Sequence record: CM037205.1
Length of the DNA: 32,000 nt
Strand: one strand, 5' to 3'
A model generated the notes under the pieces. It did not search any database, was not told the DNA's origin, and was given only the letters and a program-made list of their open reading frames with translations. Made by a program: the position numbers and the translations under genes. Positions 19,781 through 32,000 of the stretch are shown here, in pieces. How positions within the stretch are numbered: position 1 is the stretch's first letter; the number at the start of each line of letters is the position of its first letter.

Positions 19781-20443
19781 TCATCGCGGATCGCCACGCC
19801 CGCGCGCGCGTCGCAGGGTGCGGGCGAAGTCCCGCGCCCCTTGGGCCCCTGGATGTTGGGCCTTCCCCGTGGGAGGGCGATGCAGCGTCAGCACGATGGC
19901 CCCGATCATGGCCACCAGCAGCAGTGCGCTCGCCAAAAGCACCTGGGGGCTGTACACGGTGTACAGGCGCTGGCCCAGGGCGGTCAAGGTGTCCTGATGG
20001 GCCACCTGACGCGCCCAGTGGACCCAGTCCGGCGTGCTCAGCGCGGGGTGCGCGGGACCGGGCAGGAAGGGGATGAAATCCTCCTGGAGCACCAGCAGCA
20101 CTTCCAGAAGAAAGAGCAACCCCAGCACGCCTCCTACGGGCAGGTAGCGCAGCGCATTCTCGCGCAGGGCCGCGATCTGCACGTCCAACATCATCACCAC
20201 GAAGAGGAAGAGCACCGCCACGGCGCCGACGTACACCACGAGGAAGAGCATGGCGAAGACGTCCAGGTCCAACAACAGCAACACCCCGGCGCTATTGGCG
20301 AATACCAGGATGAGGAAGAGCACCGAGTGCACGGGATTTTTGGCGCGAATCACCAATCCCCCCGCCACCAGCGCCAGGCTGGCGAACAGATAGAACAAAC
20401 CCAACTCCGCCGAGGCGGGGGAGGCCGTGGACCACGGGACCAT
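19781..20443 (-). CDS. nad6: NADH dehydrogenase subunit 6 (NuoJ homolog)
   Basis: The reading runs from ATG at 20441-20443 to TGA at 19781, giving 220 aa. The hydrophobic N-terminal two-thirds carries a Nad6-like block ([44 protein letters not shown]). Confidence 0.85.
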   Translation of the reverse strand: MVPWSTASPASAELGLFYLFASLALVAGGLVIRAKNPVHSVLFLILVFANSAGVLLLLDLDVFAMLFLVVYVGAVAVLFLFVVMMLDVQIAALRENALRYLPVGGVLGLLFLLEVLLVLQEDFIPFLPGPAHPALSTPDWVHWARQVAHQDTLTALGQRLYTVYSPQVLLASALLLVAMIGAIVLTLHRPPTGKAQHPGAQGARDFARTLRRARGRGDPR

Positions 20444-20603
20444 GGACCTTCACTTTTTTCTTCCCCGGAACGGAGTCCGCCCGGGGGCACGTGCTGCCTC
20501 GAGGGCGAGCGATCCTCCCGCTCTTGGATTGCGGGCCCCCTTGTGGGTCCCGCTCTTGGCGCGCGGACCGCGCCTCCCGCGCGTCGCGCGGGAAAACAAA
20601 GGG

Positions 20604-21362
20604 ATGCCGACCGTGGTGGCCAGTCCTTTGGAGCAATTCGCTCTTTTGTCCCTGGTGCCCTTGCACCTGGGACCGCTGTATTTGTCCTTCACCAACGCCG
20701 CCCTCTTCATGGTCGTGGCGGCGGGTGTGACCTGGGGCCTGGGACGCGCCGTGACCCTGCGAGGGGGCGCCCTGGTCCCCGGGCCCTGGCAGGGCGGGGT
20801 GGAGATGGTGTACGAATTCGTGCGCAACCTGGTGGAAGAACAGGTGGGCCCCGCTGGACGCCCTTACTTTCCCCTGCTCTTCACCACCTTCACCTTTCTG
20901 CTCCTGTGCAACCTGGTGGGCATGGTGCCCTACAGCTTCACGGTGACCAGCCACTTCGTGGTGACCTTCGGGCTGTCCCTGTCCCTCTTTGTAGGGATCA
21001 CCGCCGTGGGCTTCCAACAGCACGGGTGGCACTTCTTCAGCTTCCTGCTTCCGAAGGGAGCCCCTTTGGTGCTGGCTCCTCTGTTGGTGGTGCTGGAGCT
21101 GGTTTCCTACTGCTTCCGCGCGGTGAGTTTGGGCGTGCGGCTCTTCGCCAACATGATGGCGGGTCACACCCTAGTCAAGATCCTCTGCGGCTTCGCCTGG
21201 AGCATGTTGTCGCTCGGGGGGCTGTTGGCGCTGGGGGCCGTGGCGCCCTTGGCTATCGTCTTCGCCATCACGGGGTTGGAGGTGGCCGTGGCGGTGCTGC
21301 AGGCCTACGTATTCACCATCCTCACCTGCATTTACCTGAACGACGCCATTCACCTCCACTGA
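20604..21362 (+). CDS. atp6: ATP synthase F0 subunit a
   Basis: ATG at 20604 gives MPTVVASPLEQFALL..., the typical SPLEQF N-terminus, and the stop is TGA. The 252-aa product has the conserved C-terminal region (SLGVRLFANMMAGHTL, AVA.LQAYVFT.LTCIYLNDA). The upstream 59 codons of the track ORF are not conserved. The patch GGAAAACAAAGGG lies at 20591-20603. Confidence 0.92.
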   Translation: MPTVVASPLEQFALLSLVPLHLGPLYLSFTNAALFMVVAAGVTWGLGRAVTLRGGALVPGPWQGGVEMVYEFVRNLVEEQVGPAGRPYFPLLFTTFTFLLLCNLVGMVPYSFTVTSHFVVTFGLSLSLFVGITAVGFQQHGWHFFSFLLPKGAPLVLAPLLVVLELVSYCFRAVSLGVRLFANMMAGHTLVKILCGFAWSMLSLGGLLALGAVAPLAIVFAITGLEVAVAVLQAYVFTILTCIYLNDAIHLH

Positions 21363-21450
21363 GGGCGACACGCGGACGCGGCCTTCGGGCAAAGGGGGTG
21401 GGTGTGTTCCCCGCCCCCGGGGTCGGTGCCTCTGGCGCCGGGCTCCCCGC

Positions 21451-21522
21451 GCGGAAGTAGCTCAGCGGTAGAGCGCGGCCTTGCCATGGCCGAGGACGAG
21501 GGTTCGATCCCCTTCTTCCGCT
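21451..21522 (+). tRNA. trnG: tRNA-Gly (anticodon GCC)
   Basis: 72-nt cloverleaf. Acceptor GCGGAAG/CTTCCGC, D stem GCTC/GAGC, anticodon stem CGGCC/GGCCG with loop TTGCCAT, T arm GAGGG-TTCGATC-CCCTT. Confidence 0.88.
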
Positions 21523-21594
21523 GTTGCGCCGCTCTTTCCGTGCGGCGCGCCAAGTGAGGCCACGCAGAGGCCATGCACCTGCGTTGCGCGCCAA

Positions 21595-21667
21595 GTGCCT
21601 GTAGCTCAATGGACAGAGCGTCAGACTACGGATCTGAAGGTTGAGAGTTCGAGTCTTTCCAGGCATG
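21595..21667 (+). tRNA. trnR: tRNA-Arg (anticodon ACG)
   Basis: 73-nt cloverleaf. Acceptor GTGCCTG/CAGGCAT (G1-U72), D stem GCTC/GAGC, anticodon stem TCAGA/TCTGA with loop CTACGGA, T arm GAGAG-TTCGAGT-CTTTC. Confidence 0.82.
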
Positions 21668-21688
21668 GAATCGGGCGCCCCGCGGTGG

Positions 21689-21760
21689 GGGCCCATAGCT
21701 CAGAGGCAGAGCGCACGCCTGATAAGCGTGAGGGCGGTAGTTCGAGTCTACCTGGGCCCA
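21689..21760 (+). tRNA. trnI: tRNA-Ile (anticodon GAU)
   Basis: 72-nt cloverleaf. Acceptor GGGCCCA/TGGGCCC, D stem GCTC/GAGC, anticodon stem CACGC/GCGTG with loop CTGATAA, T arm GGTAG-TTCGAGT-CTACC. Confidence 0.9.
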
Positions 21761-21763
21761 GAC

Positions 21764-21836
21764 CGGGAGAAAAGGGATTCGAACCCCTACCCTATGGTTT
21801 TGGAGACCATCGTTCTACCGTTGGAACTATTCTCCC
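21764..21836 (-). tRNA. trnW: tRNA-Trp (anticodon CCA)
   Basis: Read on the minus strand: acceptor GGGAGAA/TTCTCCC, D stem GTTC/GAAC, anticodon stem ATGGT/ACCAT with loop CTCCAAA, T arm AGGGG-TTCGAAT-CCCTT. Confidence 0.88.
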
Positions 21837-21928
21837 TCGCGTTGCGCCCCCCTTCGGGAGGCCCGCGCTCGGGCCTTTCGGACCCGCTTTCGGATCGGCG
21901 GCCGCCCGGCCGGCCCCGTTCCGCCCGC

Positions 21929-22000
21929 GTCCCTTTCGTCTAGGGGTCAGGACATCGCTTTTTCATGGCGAAGACACGGGTTCAAGTCCCGTAGGGGATA
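21929..22000 (+). tRNA. trnE: tRNA-Glu (anticodon UUC)
   Basis: GTCCCTTTCGTCTAGGGGTCAGGACATCGCTTTTTCATGGCGAAGACACGGGTTCAAGTCCCGTAGGGGATA closely parallels bacterial tRNA-Glu. The anticodon loop is TTTTCAT. Confidence 0.85.
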
Positions 22001-22028
22001 GCGCTCGGACGACAAAGGAAACTGCTCC

Positions 22029-23009
22029 ATGGTCGCAGCCTGCGTGCTCGCCAAGATTCTCGGCCTCGTGGTGCCCCTGCTGCTGGGCGTGGCGTTTTTG
22101 ACCCTTGCGGAGCGCAAGGTCATGGCCGCGATGCAGCGCCGCCAAGGCCCCAATGTGGTGGGGCTCTTCGGGGTTCTGCAACCGCTAGCCGACGGGCTCA
22201 AGCTGCTGGTGAAGGAGCCCGTGCTTCCCAGCAGCGCGAACACCGTGCTCTTTCTGGCCGCACCGGCCCTCACCTTCATGCTGGCCTTGCTCGCTTGGGC
22301 CGTCGTTCCCTTCGGGGAAGGGCAGGTCCTCTGCGACTTGAACGTGGGGGTGCTCTACCTCTTTGCCGTTTCCTCCTTGGGCGTGTACGGGGTCGTCGTG
22401 GCAGGCTGGGCGAGCAACTCCAAGTACGCCTTTCTCGGCGCGCTGCGTTCCGCTGCTCAGATGGTGTCCTACGAGGTGTCCATCGGACTCATCCTCATCA
22501 CCGTGTTGCTCTGTGCGGGCTCCCTGAACCTGACGGAGATCGTGCGCGCCCAGCGCACCCTCTGGTACGTGGTGCCCCTCTTCCCCATGGCCGTGCTCTT
22601 CTTCGTATCCTGTCTGGCGGAGACCAACCGCGCCCCCTTCGATCTGCCCGAGGCCGAAGCGGAGCTGGTGGCGGGGTACAACGTGGAGTACTCCGCCATG
22701 GGCTTTGCGCTCTTCTTCTTGGGGGAGTACGCCAACATGATCCTCATGAGCACCCTCTGCGCCCTGCTCTTTCTGGGGGGTTGGTGGCCACCTTTGGGTG
22801 GCGCTGCCCTCACCTGGGTGCCGGGGGGGATGTGGCTGGGCCTCAAGGTGGTGGGCCTGCTCTTCCTCTTCGTCTGGGTGCGGGCCGCCTTTCCGCGCTA
22901 CCGCTATGACCAGCTCATGCGCCTCGGATGGAAGGTCTTCCTGCCTCTCTCCTTGGCCTGGGTCGTGCTGGTGGCCGGGGCCCTGGTGGCCTTCGACGCC
23001 CTGCCCTGA
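22029..23009 (+). CDS. nad1: NADH dehydrogenase subunit 1 (NuoH homolog)
   Basis: The 326-aa ORF has an ATG start and a TGA stop. Nad1 blocks are present ([67 protein letters not shown]). The patch AAAGGAAA lies at 22014-22021. Confidence 0.95.
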   Translation: MVAACVLAKILGLVVPLLLGVAFLTLAERKVMAAMQRRQGPNVVGLFGVLQPLADGLKLLVKEPVLPSSANTVLFLAAPALTFMLALLAWAVVPFGEGQVLCDLNVGVLYLFAVSSLGVYGVVVAGWASNSKYAFLGALRSAAQMVSYEVSIGLILITVLLCAGSLNLTEIVRAQRTLWYVVPLFPMAVLFFVSCLAETNRAPFDLPEAEAELVAGYNVEYSAMGFALFFLGEYANMILMSTLCALLFLGGWWPPLGGAALTWVPGGMWLGLKVVGLLFLFVWVRAAFPRYRYDQLMRLGWKVFLPLSLAWVVLVAGALVAFDALP

Positions 23010-23090
23010 AGCCCGCGCCCCCTGCGGGGGGTTATTTGCAGAGGGATACTCTGCGGGGGGCTCCCGCGCGGTGGGATGTCCTGCGGGAGC

Positions 23091-23543
23091 CTACCACCAG
23101 CGGTAGTGGCTAAAGGCCCGATTGGCTTCGGCTTGGCGGTGCAGGGCGAGCTTGCGCTGCAGGGCGTGTCCGCGGTGGTGATAGGCTTCCACCAACTCCA
23201 AGGCCAAGCAGTGGGCGAAGGAGCGCGAGGTGCCCTTGCGGCGCTGGCGAGCCCCATCGCGAAGCCAACGCAACGCCAACCCCATCTGACGGGAAGGGGC
23301 GAGAGGCGCGGGGACCAGGTGGGTGGTTCCTCCGACGCGCACGCGGCGTACCTCCAGGGTGGGCTGCAGGGTCTGAAAGGCGCGGTGCAGGGCCGCGCGC
23401 GTGTCTTGTGGGGAAGCCAAGTGCAATTGACGTTGGAAGTGCTGCAGGGCCTCGCGCACCCAGCGCTGCGCCTTGCTGCGCTGCCCGTGGCGCGTGAGGT
23501 GTTGCACCCAGCGCAGCAGCAGGGCATCCAGAGAGGTGTCCAT
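23091..23543 (-). CDS. rps7: Ribosomal protein S7
   Basis: The 150-aa ORF has an ATG start and a TAG stop. Its C-terminal part is S7-like (PTLEVRRVRVGGTTHLVP..L...R....ALRWL...AR.R...S....LA.EL..A......A..K....H..AEANRAF.HYRW). It starts 1 nt after the rps12 stop, preserving the bacterial str-operon order. Confidence 0.8.
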   Translation of the reverse strand: MDTSLDALLLRWVQHLTRHGQRSKAQRWVREALQHFQRQLHLASPQDTRAALHRAFQTLQPTLEVRRVRVGGTTHLVPAPLAPSRQMGLALRWLRDGARQRRKGTSRSFAHCLALELVEAYHHRGHALQRKLALHRQAEANRAFSHYRWW

Positions 23544-23544
23544 C

Positions 23545-23922
23545 CTACAGCTTCCTTTTGGTTCCGTACTTCGAGCGCCCTTGACGGCGTGCTTTCAGGC
23601 CCGCCAAATCGTAGACTCCGCGTACCAAGTGATATTTTACCCCCGGCAGGTCCTTCACGCGTCCCCCGCGAACCAGCACCACTGCGTGTTCTTGCAGACT
23701 GTGCCCTTCTCCGGGGATGTACGCGATGATTTCCTGTCGGTTCGTGAGTTGGACCTTGGCGACTTTGCGCAGGGCGGAGTTGGGTTTCTTGGGCGTTTTG
23801 GTGTAGACCTTGAGGCACACGCCTTTGCGCTGAGGCGCCCCTTGCAGGGCGGGCGCTTTGGAGGGGGAAGGCGCCGTGTGGCGGTGCGCACGTCCCCGTA
23901 CGAGTTGTTGCAGGGTGGGCAC
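23545..23922 (-). CDS. rps12: Ribosomal protein S12, inferred GTG start
   Basis: GTG at 23920-23922 gives [11 protein letters not shown].... Conserved S12 blocks are present ([51 protein letters not shown]). The stop is TAG at 23545, giving 125 aa. The patch AAAAAGGAAAAAA (minus strand) lies at 23927-23939. Confidence 0.92.
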   Translation of the reverse strand: MPTLQQLVRGRAHRHTAPSPSKAPALQGAPQRKGVCLKVYTKTPKKPNSALRKVAKVQLTNRQEIIAYIPGEGHSLQEHAVVLVRGGRVKDLPGVKYHLVRGVYDLAGLKARRQGRSKYGTKRKL

Positions 23923-23948
23923 GGTGTTTTTTCCTTTTTGCTTCGCGT

Positions 23949-23994
23949 GAAGCCCTGAGACCGAAGCCCTGTGACCGAAGCCCTGTGACCGAAA
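23949..23994. repeat. 14-bp tandem repeat (about 3.3 copies) between rps12 and the IR-B junction
   Basis: The unit GAAGCCCTG(A/T)GACC occurs at 23949, 23963 and 23977, followed by the partial copy GAAAACC. Confidence 0.85.
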
Positions 23995-24200
23995 ACCACT
24001 TCGGAAACCAGAAACGAGCCCAATCTTGGCACGACAGACGCCAATGGACCAAAATACCCCAAGCCCTAGCCCCACCCCACAGCGCCACCGCCAAGCCGAA
24101 TGGACCCTCCGAGGCAAAGGCCAAACCCTTGCAGGACAGCCGCCAAACCCTTACAGGGCAACCGTCAAAGCGAATTTCCCCTGCGGGTCAACAGCCAAGG

Positions 24201-25358
24201 CTAGTTTCCCCTGCGGGTCAACAGCCAAGGCTCCAATCGCGCCAACCCCGGAATCAACACCAGAAAGTAGAAGAAAAAGTACACCGAAGCCCACTGCCCA
24301 ATGCCCAAATAAGGATCCTCCACGGGTTGCATCCCGATCCACCCCAAGAGCCAAGCATCGGCCACCAAGGTCCAGAAGCAAGCTCGATAGAGTGGACGAA
24401 AGGCCGCGCTTCGCAGCGGCGTGCGACCCAACCAGGGCAAGGCCGCCAAACAGGCGAAGACGGCGGCGATGGCCGCAACCCCCGCCAATTTGTTGGGGAT
24501 GCTGCGCAGGATGGCGTACACGGGCAGGAAGTACCACTCCGGCACGATGTGGGCCGGGGTGGACATGGGATTGGCCGGGATGTAGTTGTCGGGGTGTCCC
24601 AAAGCGTTGGGGGCGAAGAAGAGCACCGCGGACAGGAGCAGGGCGAAACTCACCCACCCCACCAGATCCTTGGCGTAGAAGTAGGGGTAGAAATCCACCT
24701 TGTCCACCTGGGCGTGCACGCCCAAGGGATTGTTGGAGCCGTGTTGGTGCAGGGCGGCCAAATGCAGGCCACTGGCCGCGGCCAACAGGAAGGGCAGCAG
24801 ATAGTGCAGACTGAAGAAGCGGTTCAGGGTCGCGTTTTCCACGGCGAACCCGCCCCACAGCCACTGCACCAAGCTCTCGCCCGCCCAGGGCACGGCACTG
24901 GCCAAGCTGGTGATCACCGTGGCGCCCCAGAAGCTCATTTGTCCCCAGGGCAGCACGTAGCCGATGAAGGCGGTGACGATCATGAGCAGCAGCAGCACCA
25001 CCCCCAACAGCCACAGCGCTTCGCGGGGGGAGGCGTAGGAGCCGTAGTACAGGCCGCGGAACAGGTGCAGGTACACCACGATAAAGAAGAAGCTCGCGCC
25101 GTTGGCGTGGAGGTAGCGCAGCAACCAGCCGCCTTCCACGTCGCGCATGAGGTGCTCCACGCTCTGAAAGGCCAGGTCCACGTGCGGGGTGTAGTGCATG
25201 GCCAGGAAGATGCCCGTGGCCATCTGCAGCACCAAGCACAACCCCGCCAGGGAGCCGAAGCCCCACCAGTAGGAAAGGTTGGCGGGCGTGGGGTACTGAA
25301 TGAGGTGGTCCCCCACCAGGGACAGCAGCGGTTGTTGCGTCAGCGAGGCGCGTTTCAC
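24201..25358 (-). CDS. cob: Apocytochrome b (copy B, identical to copy A)
   Basis: Mirror image of 10292-11449; the translation is identical in the ORF track. Confidence 0.93.
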   Translation of the reverse strand: MKRASLTQQPLLSLVGDHLIQYPTPANLSYWWGFGSLAGLCLVLQMATGIFLAMHYTPHVDLAFQSVEHLMRDVEGGWLLRYLHANGASFFFIVVYLHLFRGLYYGSYASPREALWLLGVVLLLLMIVTAFIGYVLPWGQMSFWGATVITSLASAVPWAGESLVQWLWGGFAVENATLNRFFSLHYLLPFLLAAASGLHLAALHQHGSNNPLGVHAQVDKVDFYPYFYAKDLVGWVSFALLLSAVLFFAPNALGHPDNYIPANPMSTPAHIVPEWYFLPVYAILRSIPNKLAGVAAIAAVFACLAALPWLGRTPLRSAAFRPLYRACFWTLVADAWLLGWIGMQPVEDPYLGIGQWASVYFFFYFLVLIPGLARLEPWLLTRRGN

Positions 25359-26384
25359 GGCGAGACCGCTCTTTTTTGGGTCGGAAGACCTCGGCTCCCC
25401 CGAAGGCGTGCTCGAGGCGAAGCCGAAGCCGAAGCCGAAGGCGTGCTCGAGGCGAAGCCGAAGCCGAAGCCGAAGTCCCCCGCGAGGCGCCCCCAAGCCC
25501 CAGCCTCGCCCCCAGGAAGGACGAGCTTTAGCCTCGCCCCCAGGATGGGGGCGACTTCGATTCGCCCTAAGGAAACGAAAAAACGCCGGAGAGGGCCAAG
25601 AAAGCGCCGAGAAGGCAGGGAAACCGATCTTCCGGTAGGCGCGTATCCCTTCCCCCTCAAAGGCCCGTCTACGGGCCCTGTGCGTGGGCTACGGCAATTC
25701 GAGCCCACAGGGCGAAGGCCCACTCAAGCCTGCAAGGCGCAGGCTAGTGTCGAGCTCTTTGAGCGAAGGCTCCTGTCGAGCTCTTTGAGCGAAGGCTCCT
25801 GTCGAGCTCTTTGAGCGAAGGCGAAGTCAAGCCTTCCGGTGCAGCCCTCTCGCCAAGGAGTCTCCCGAGGGAAAGCCCCTCGACAAAAAAGTTTCCTTTA
25901 GTGGGGGGCAGGGAATGCGGAGGAAGGAAGAGAGAGTGCGAGGGACGCCCGGGAGGGGGGCCCTTGCACTCTCTCCCCCTTCCCTCCTTGCTCCTTCCCC
26001 CGCGCCCTGCACGCCCCCTCCCGTTCAACTTGAGGAAGGATACCTTACGCGGTGGTGGTTGGGGTGGGGCAGCTTCCCTTGCTGCAGGGGGAAGGGAGTG
26101 AAGCTGCTTTCCCCGACCCAGGGGGAAGGGGGGAAGGCAGGATGGGGGCGACTTCGATTCGCCCTATGGGGGCGACTTCGATTCGCCCGAGGCTTCTCTT
26201 CTGGGCGAAGGCCCTCGTCGAGCCTGTAAGGCGAAGGCCCTCGTCGAGCCTGTAAGGCGAAGGCCCACTCAAGCCTGCAAGGCGCAGGCTCTTGTCGAGC
26301 TCTCTGAGCGAAGGCCCACGCAAGCCTGCAAGGCGCAGGCCCTTGTCGAGCCTGTAAGGCGAAGGCCCTTGTCGAGCTCTTTGG
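25359..26384. repeat. Repeat-mosaic cob-rnl spacer (copy B)
   Basis: Mirror image of 9266-10291. Confidence 0.85.
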
Positions 26385-29130
<2,746 letters not shown>

Positions 29131-29183
29131 TTCGCGGCGGTGCGCGTCCTCGTGTGGGGGAGGCCTAGGCATTCTCCCAAGGC

Positions 29184-29257
29184 GGACGGAAGCGGGACTC
29201 GAACCCACGACCTGCGGAGTATGATTCCGCGGTTCTACCCGGCTGAACTATTCCGTC
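29184..29257 (-). tRNA. tRNA with anticodon CAU (Met or Ile), copy B
   Basis: Mirror image of 6393-6466. Confidence 0.8.
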
Positions 29258-29525
29258 GGCGAGCGCGCCGCGTCTCCCACCACCGGCAGTACCTACGGCG
29301 ACCCGGGGGGGCACCCATCGAGATCGGAGGGGTTCGGGTGGGCACCCGGGACCCGCGCTCGCTATTTAGGGCGAGCAAAGCCGGGGCAACCCCCGCGCCT
29401 TTCCGCGCGCCAAGCCGGGGGAGTGCGGCGCGCCAAGTGGCTGCTTCGGGGCGTGCAGCCGGGGCAGCGGCTTCCCCGGGGCGCCCCGCAGAATTATCCT
29501 TCTCCATTCATCGGCACGAGGCCGT

Positions 29526-30995
<1,470 letters not shown>

Positions 30996-31096
30996 TCTTG
31001 ATTCTATGGGTCCCCGCCGTGTGTTGTGGAGGGAAGGGGCGCCGCGAGGCGACCCAAAAGCACCGGGAAACCCCCCATCCAGGACCCCCTGAAAGA

Positions 31097-31182
31097 GGGA
31101 AAGTGGCTGAGGGGTCAAAGGCGCCAGACTGTAAATCTGACGAACGTCCCGTTCTTCGCAGGTTCGAATCCTGCCTTTCCCA
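31097..31182 (+). tRNA. trnY: tRNA-Tyr (GUA), copy B
   Basis: Mirror image of 4468-4553; this copy was folded directly on the plus strand. Confidence 0.85.
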
Positions 31183-31201
31183 GCCTCGGAAGCCCGCGGC
31201 C

Positions 31202-31272
31202 AGGTCGGGGGCGGAGTCGAACCGCCCTCGCGGGAGTTGCAATCCCGCGCATTGCCCCTATGCTACCCGACC
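31202..31272 (-). tRNA. trnC: tRNA-Cys (GCA), copy B
   Basis: Mirror image of 4378-4448. Confidence 0.85.
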
Positions 31273-31283
31273 CCACTGCCCGA

Positions 31284-31357
31284 GGCGGGCATAACTTAGT
31301 CGGTCAAAGTGCCAGACTGTGACTCTGGAAACACGGGTTCAAATCCCGTTGCTCGCC
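31284..31357 (+). tRNA. trnH: tRNA-His (GUG), copy B
   Basis: Mirror image of 4293-4366; this copy was folded directly on the plus strand. Confidence 0.85.
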
Positions 31358-31859
31358 CGCGAGGCGCGCCTCTGCCGTACCCTTGCAACCGGTCCACCAA
31401 GCGCGCGCCCGGAGCGCGAATCCCTCGACGCATGGACGTGCCCACCTCCCCCGCTCGTCCTAGGGGGGAGGGGCGCAGCAACCTGCGCCAAGGAGGCGGC
31501 GGCGCTTGAACCGCGCGCGCCAGAGCGCGGGGGGACAGGCAGCGCCCCTCCAGCTGCGCGCCCAACAGAACCCACCCCGGCACGGTCGCTGCGCGGGGCA
31601 AGAGGGCCCGCAGCGCTTCGGGGGTGCGCGCGCCCCAGAAGAGCGTGGGGCCGCGGCACAGGGGGCGGAGCGCGGGGGGCAAGGCGCGCCGCGCGGCGGC
31701 GTGCACGCCCAACCAAGCCGCCGTGCCCTGGGCATCGTCGCGCAGTTGACGCCAGGTCGCCGTCCGCGCAACCTGCCCCTGGAGCACCAAGAAGTGGGGG
31801 TAGCGCGCCAGGGTGCGCTGGGTGCGCGCCAGGAGGATTTGTTTCGCCAAAGAGGGCAC
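31296..31859 (-). CDS. rpl10: Putative rpl10-like ORF, copy B
   Basis: Mirror image of 3791-4354. The track ORF 31296..31859 starts at the same GTG. Confidence 0.5.
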   Translation of the reverse strand: MPSLAKQILLARTQRTLARYPHFLVLQGQVARTATWRQLRDDAQGTAAWLGVHAAARRALPPALRPLCRGPTLFWGARTPEALRALLPRAATVPGWVLLGAQLEGRCLSPRALARAVQAPPPPWRRLLRPSPLGRAGEVGTSMRRGIRAPGARLVDRLQGYGRGAPRGRATGFEPVFPESQSGTLTD

Positions 31860-32000
31860 GGCTGCGGCCTTTGTTCGCGGTCCCGGAGAGCCTCCGGAGG
31901 GGGAGGGAGCGGATCGACCGGGCGACCGCGCCGAACGGGCAACCGGAATGGCGCGCGTCGACGCGGTTGCGGATGCCTCCCTATTCCAGGGTGCCTTTCT

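Noticed and set aside
21764-21836. Reassignment of TGA to Trp, which is common in many mitochondria.
   Set aside because: trnW has anticodon CCA, not UCA. TGA falls exactly at family-typical C-termini of at least eight genes, and no in-frame TGA interrupts any conserved CDS.

Overview
This window is a gene-dense, very G+C-rich (about two-thirds G+C by eye) mitochondrial-type genome segment. It is not a bacterial accessory region. I support 17 distinct respiratory, ATP-synthase and ribosomal-protein genes: nad7 (3' end), nad3, atp1, nad9, nad10, an rpl10-like ORF, cob, rps2, nad5, nad4, nad2, cox3, cox2, nad6, atp6, nad1, rps7 and rps12. There are also SSU and LSU rRNA genes and 16 distinct tRNA genes. 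No introns, transposases, integrases, CRISPR arrays or recognisable defence or toxin genes are present.

The dominant structure is a large, apparently perfect inverted repeat. Copy A covers 3650-11599 and copy B covers 24051-32000, with x in A pairing with 35650-x in B. The repeat is at least 7.95 kb, and its outer end runs off the window. It carries rpl10-like, trnH, trnC, trnY, rns, trnM/I(CAU), rnl, a roughly 1 kb repeat-mosaic spacer and cob. A 12.45 kb single-copy block (11600-24050) lies between the two copies.

The genetic code looks standard: TGA, TAA and TAG all end conserved proteins, and trnW has anticodon CCA. Five genes appear to start with GTG.

The observations most worth a second look are:
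- Every CDS is preceded by a purine/A-rich patch (core AAAGGA/GGAAGGAG) complementary to the altered 3' tail of the rns gene (CTCCTTTC). This is a possible Shine-Dalgarno-like system.
- The inverted repeat holds a duplicated cob.
- The rnl-cob spacer is built from several short hairpin-repeat families and contains a long purine/pyrimidine hairpin.
- Two extremely divergent Arg/Ala/Pro-rich ribosomal protein genes (rps2 and rpl10-like) overlap tRNA genes in antisense.
- There are several tandem arrays, including one inside rnl and one that creates the cob stop codon.

Most long ORFs in the supplied track, including a 1502-aa one, are antisense or out-of-frame artefacts of the GC bias. I found no convincing novel protein-based system. 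Everything here comes from reading the sequence by eye, and no database search was run.
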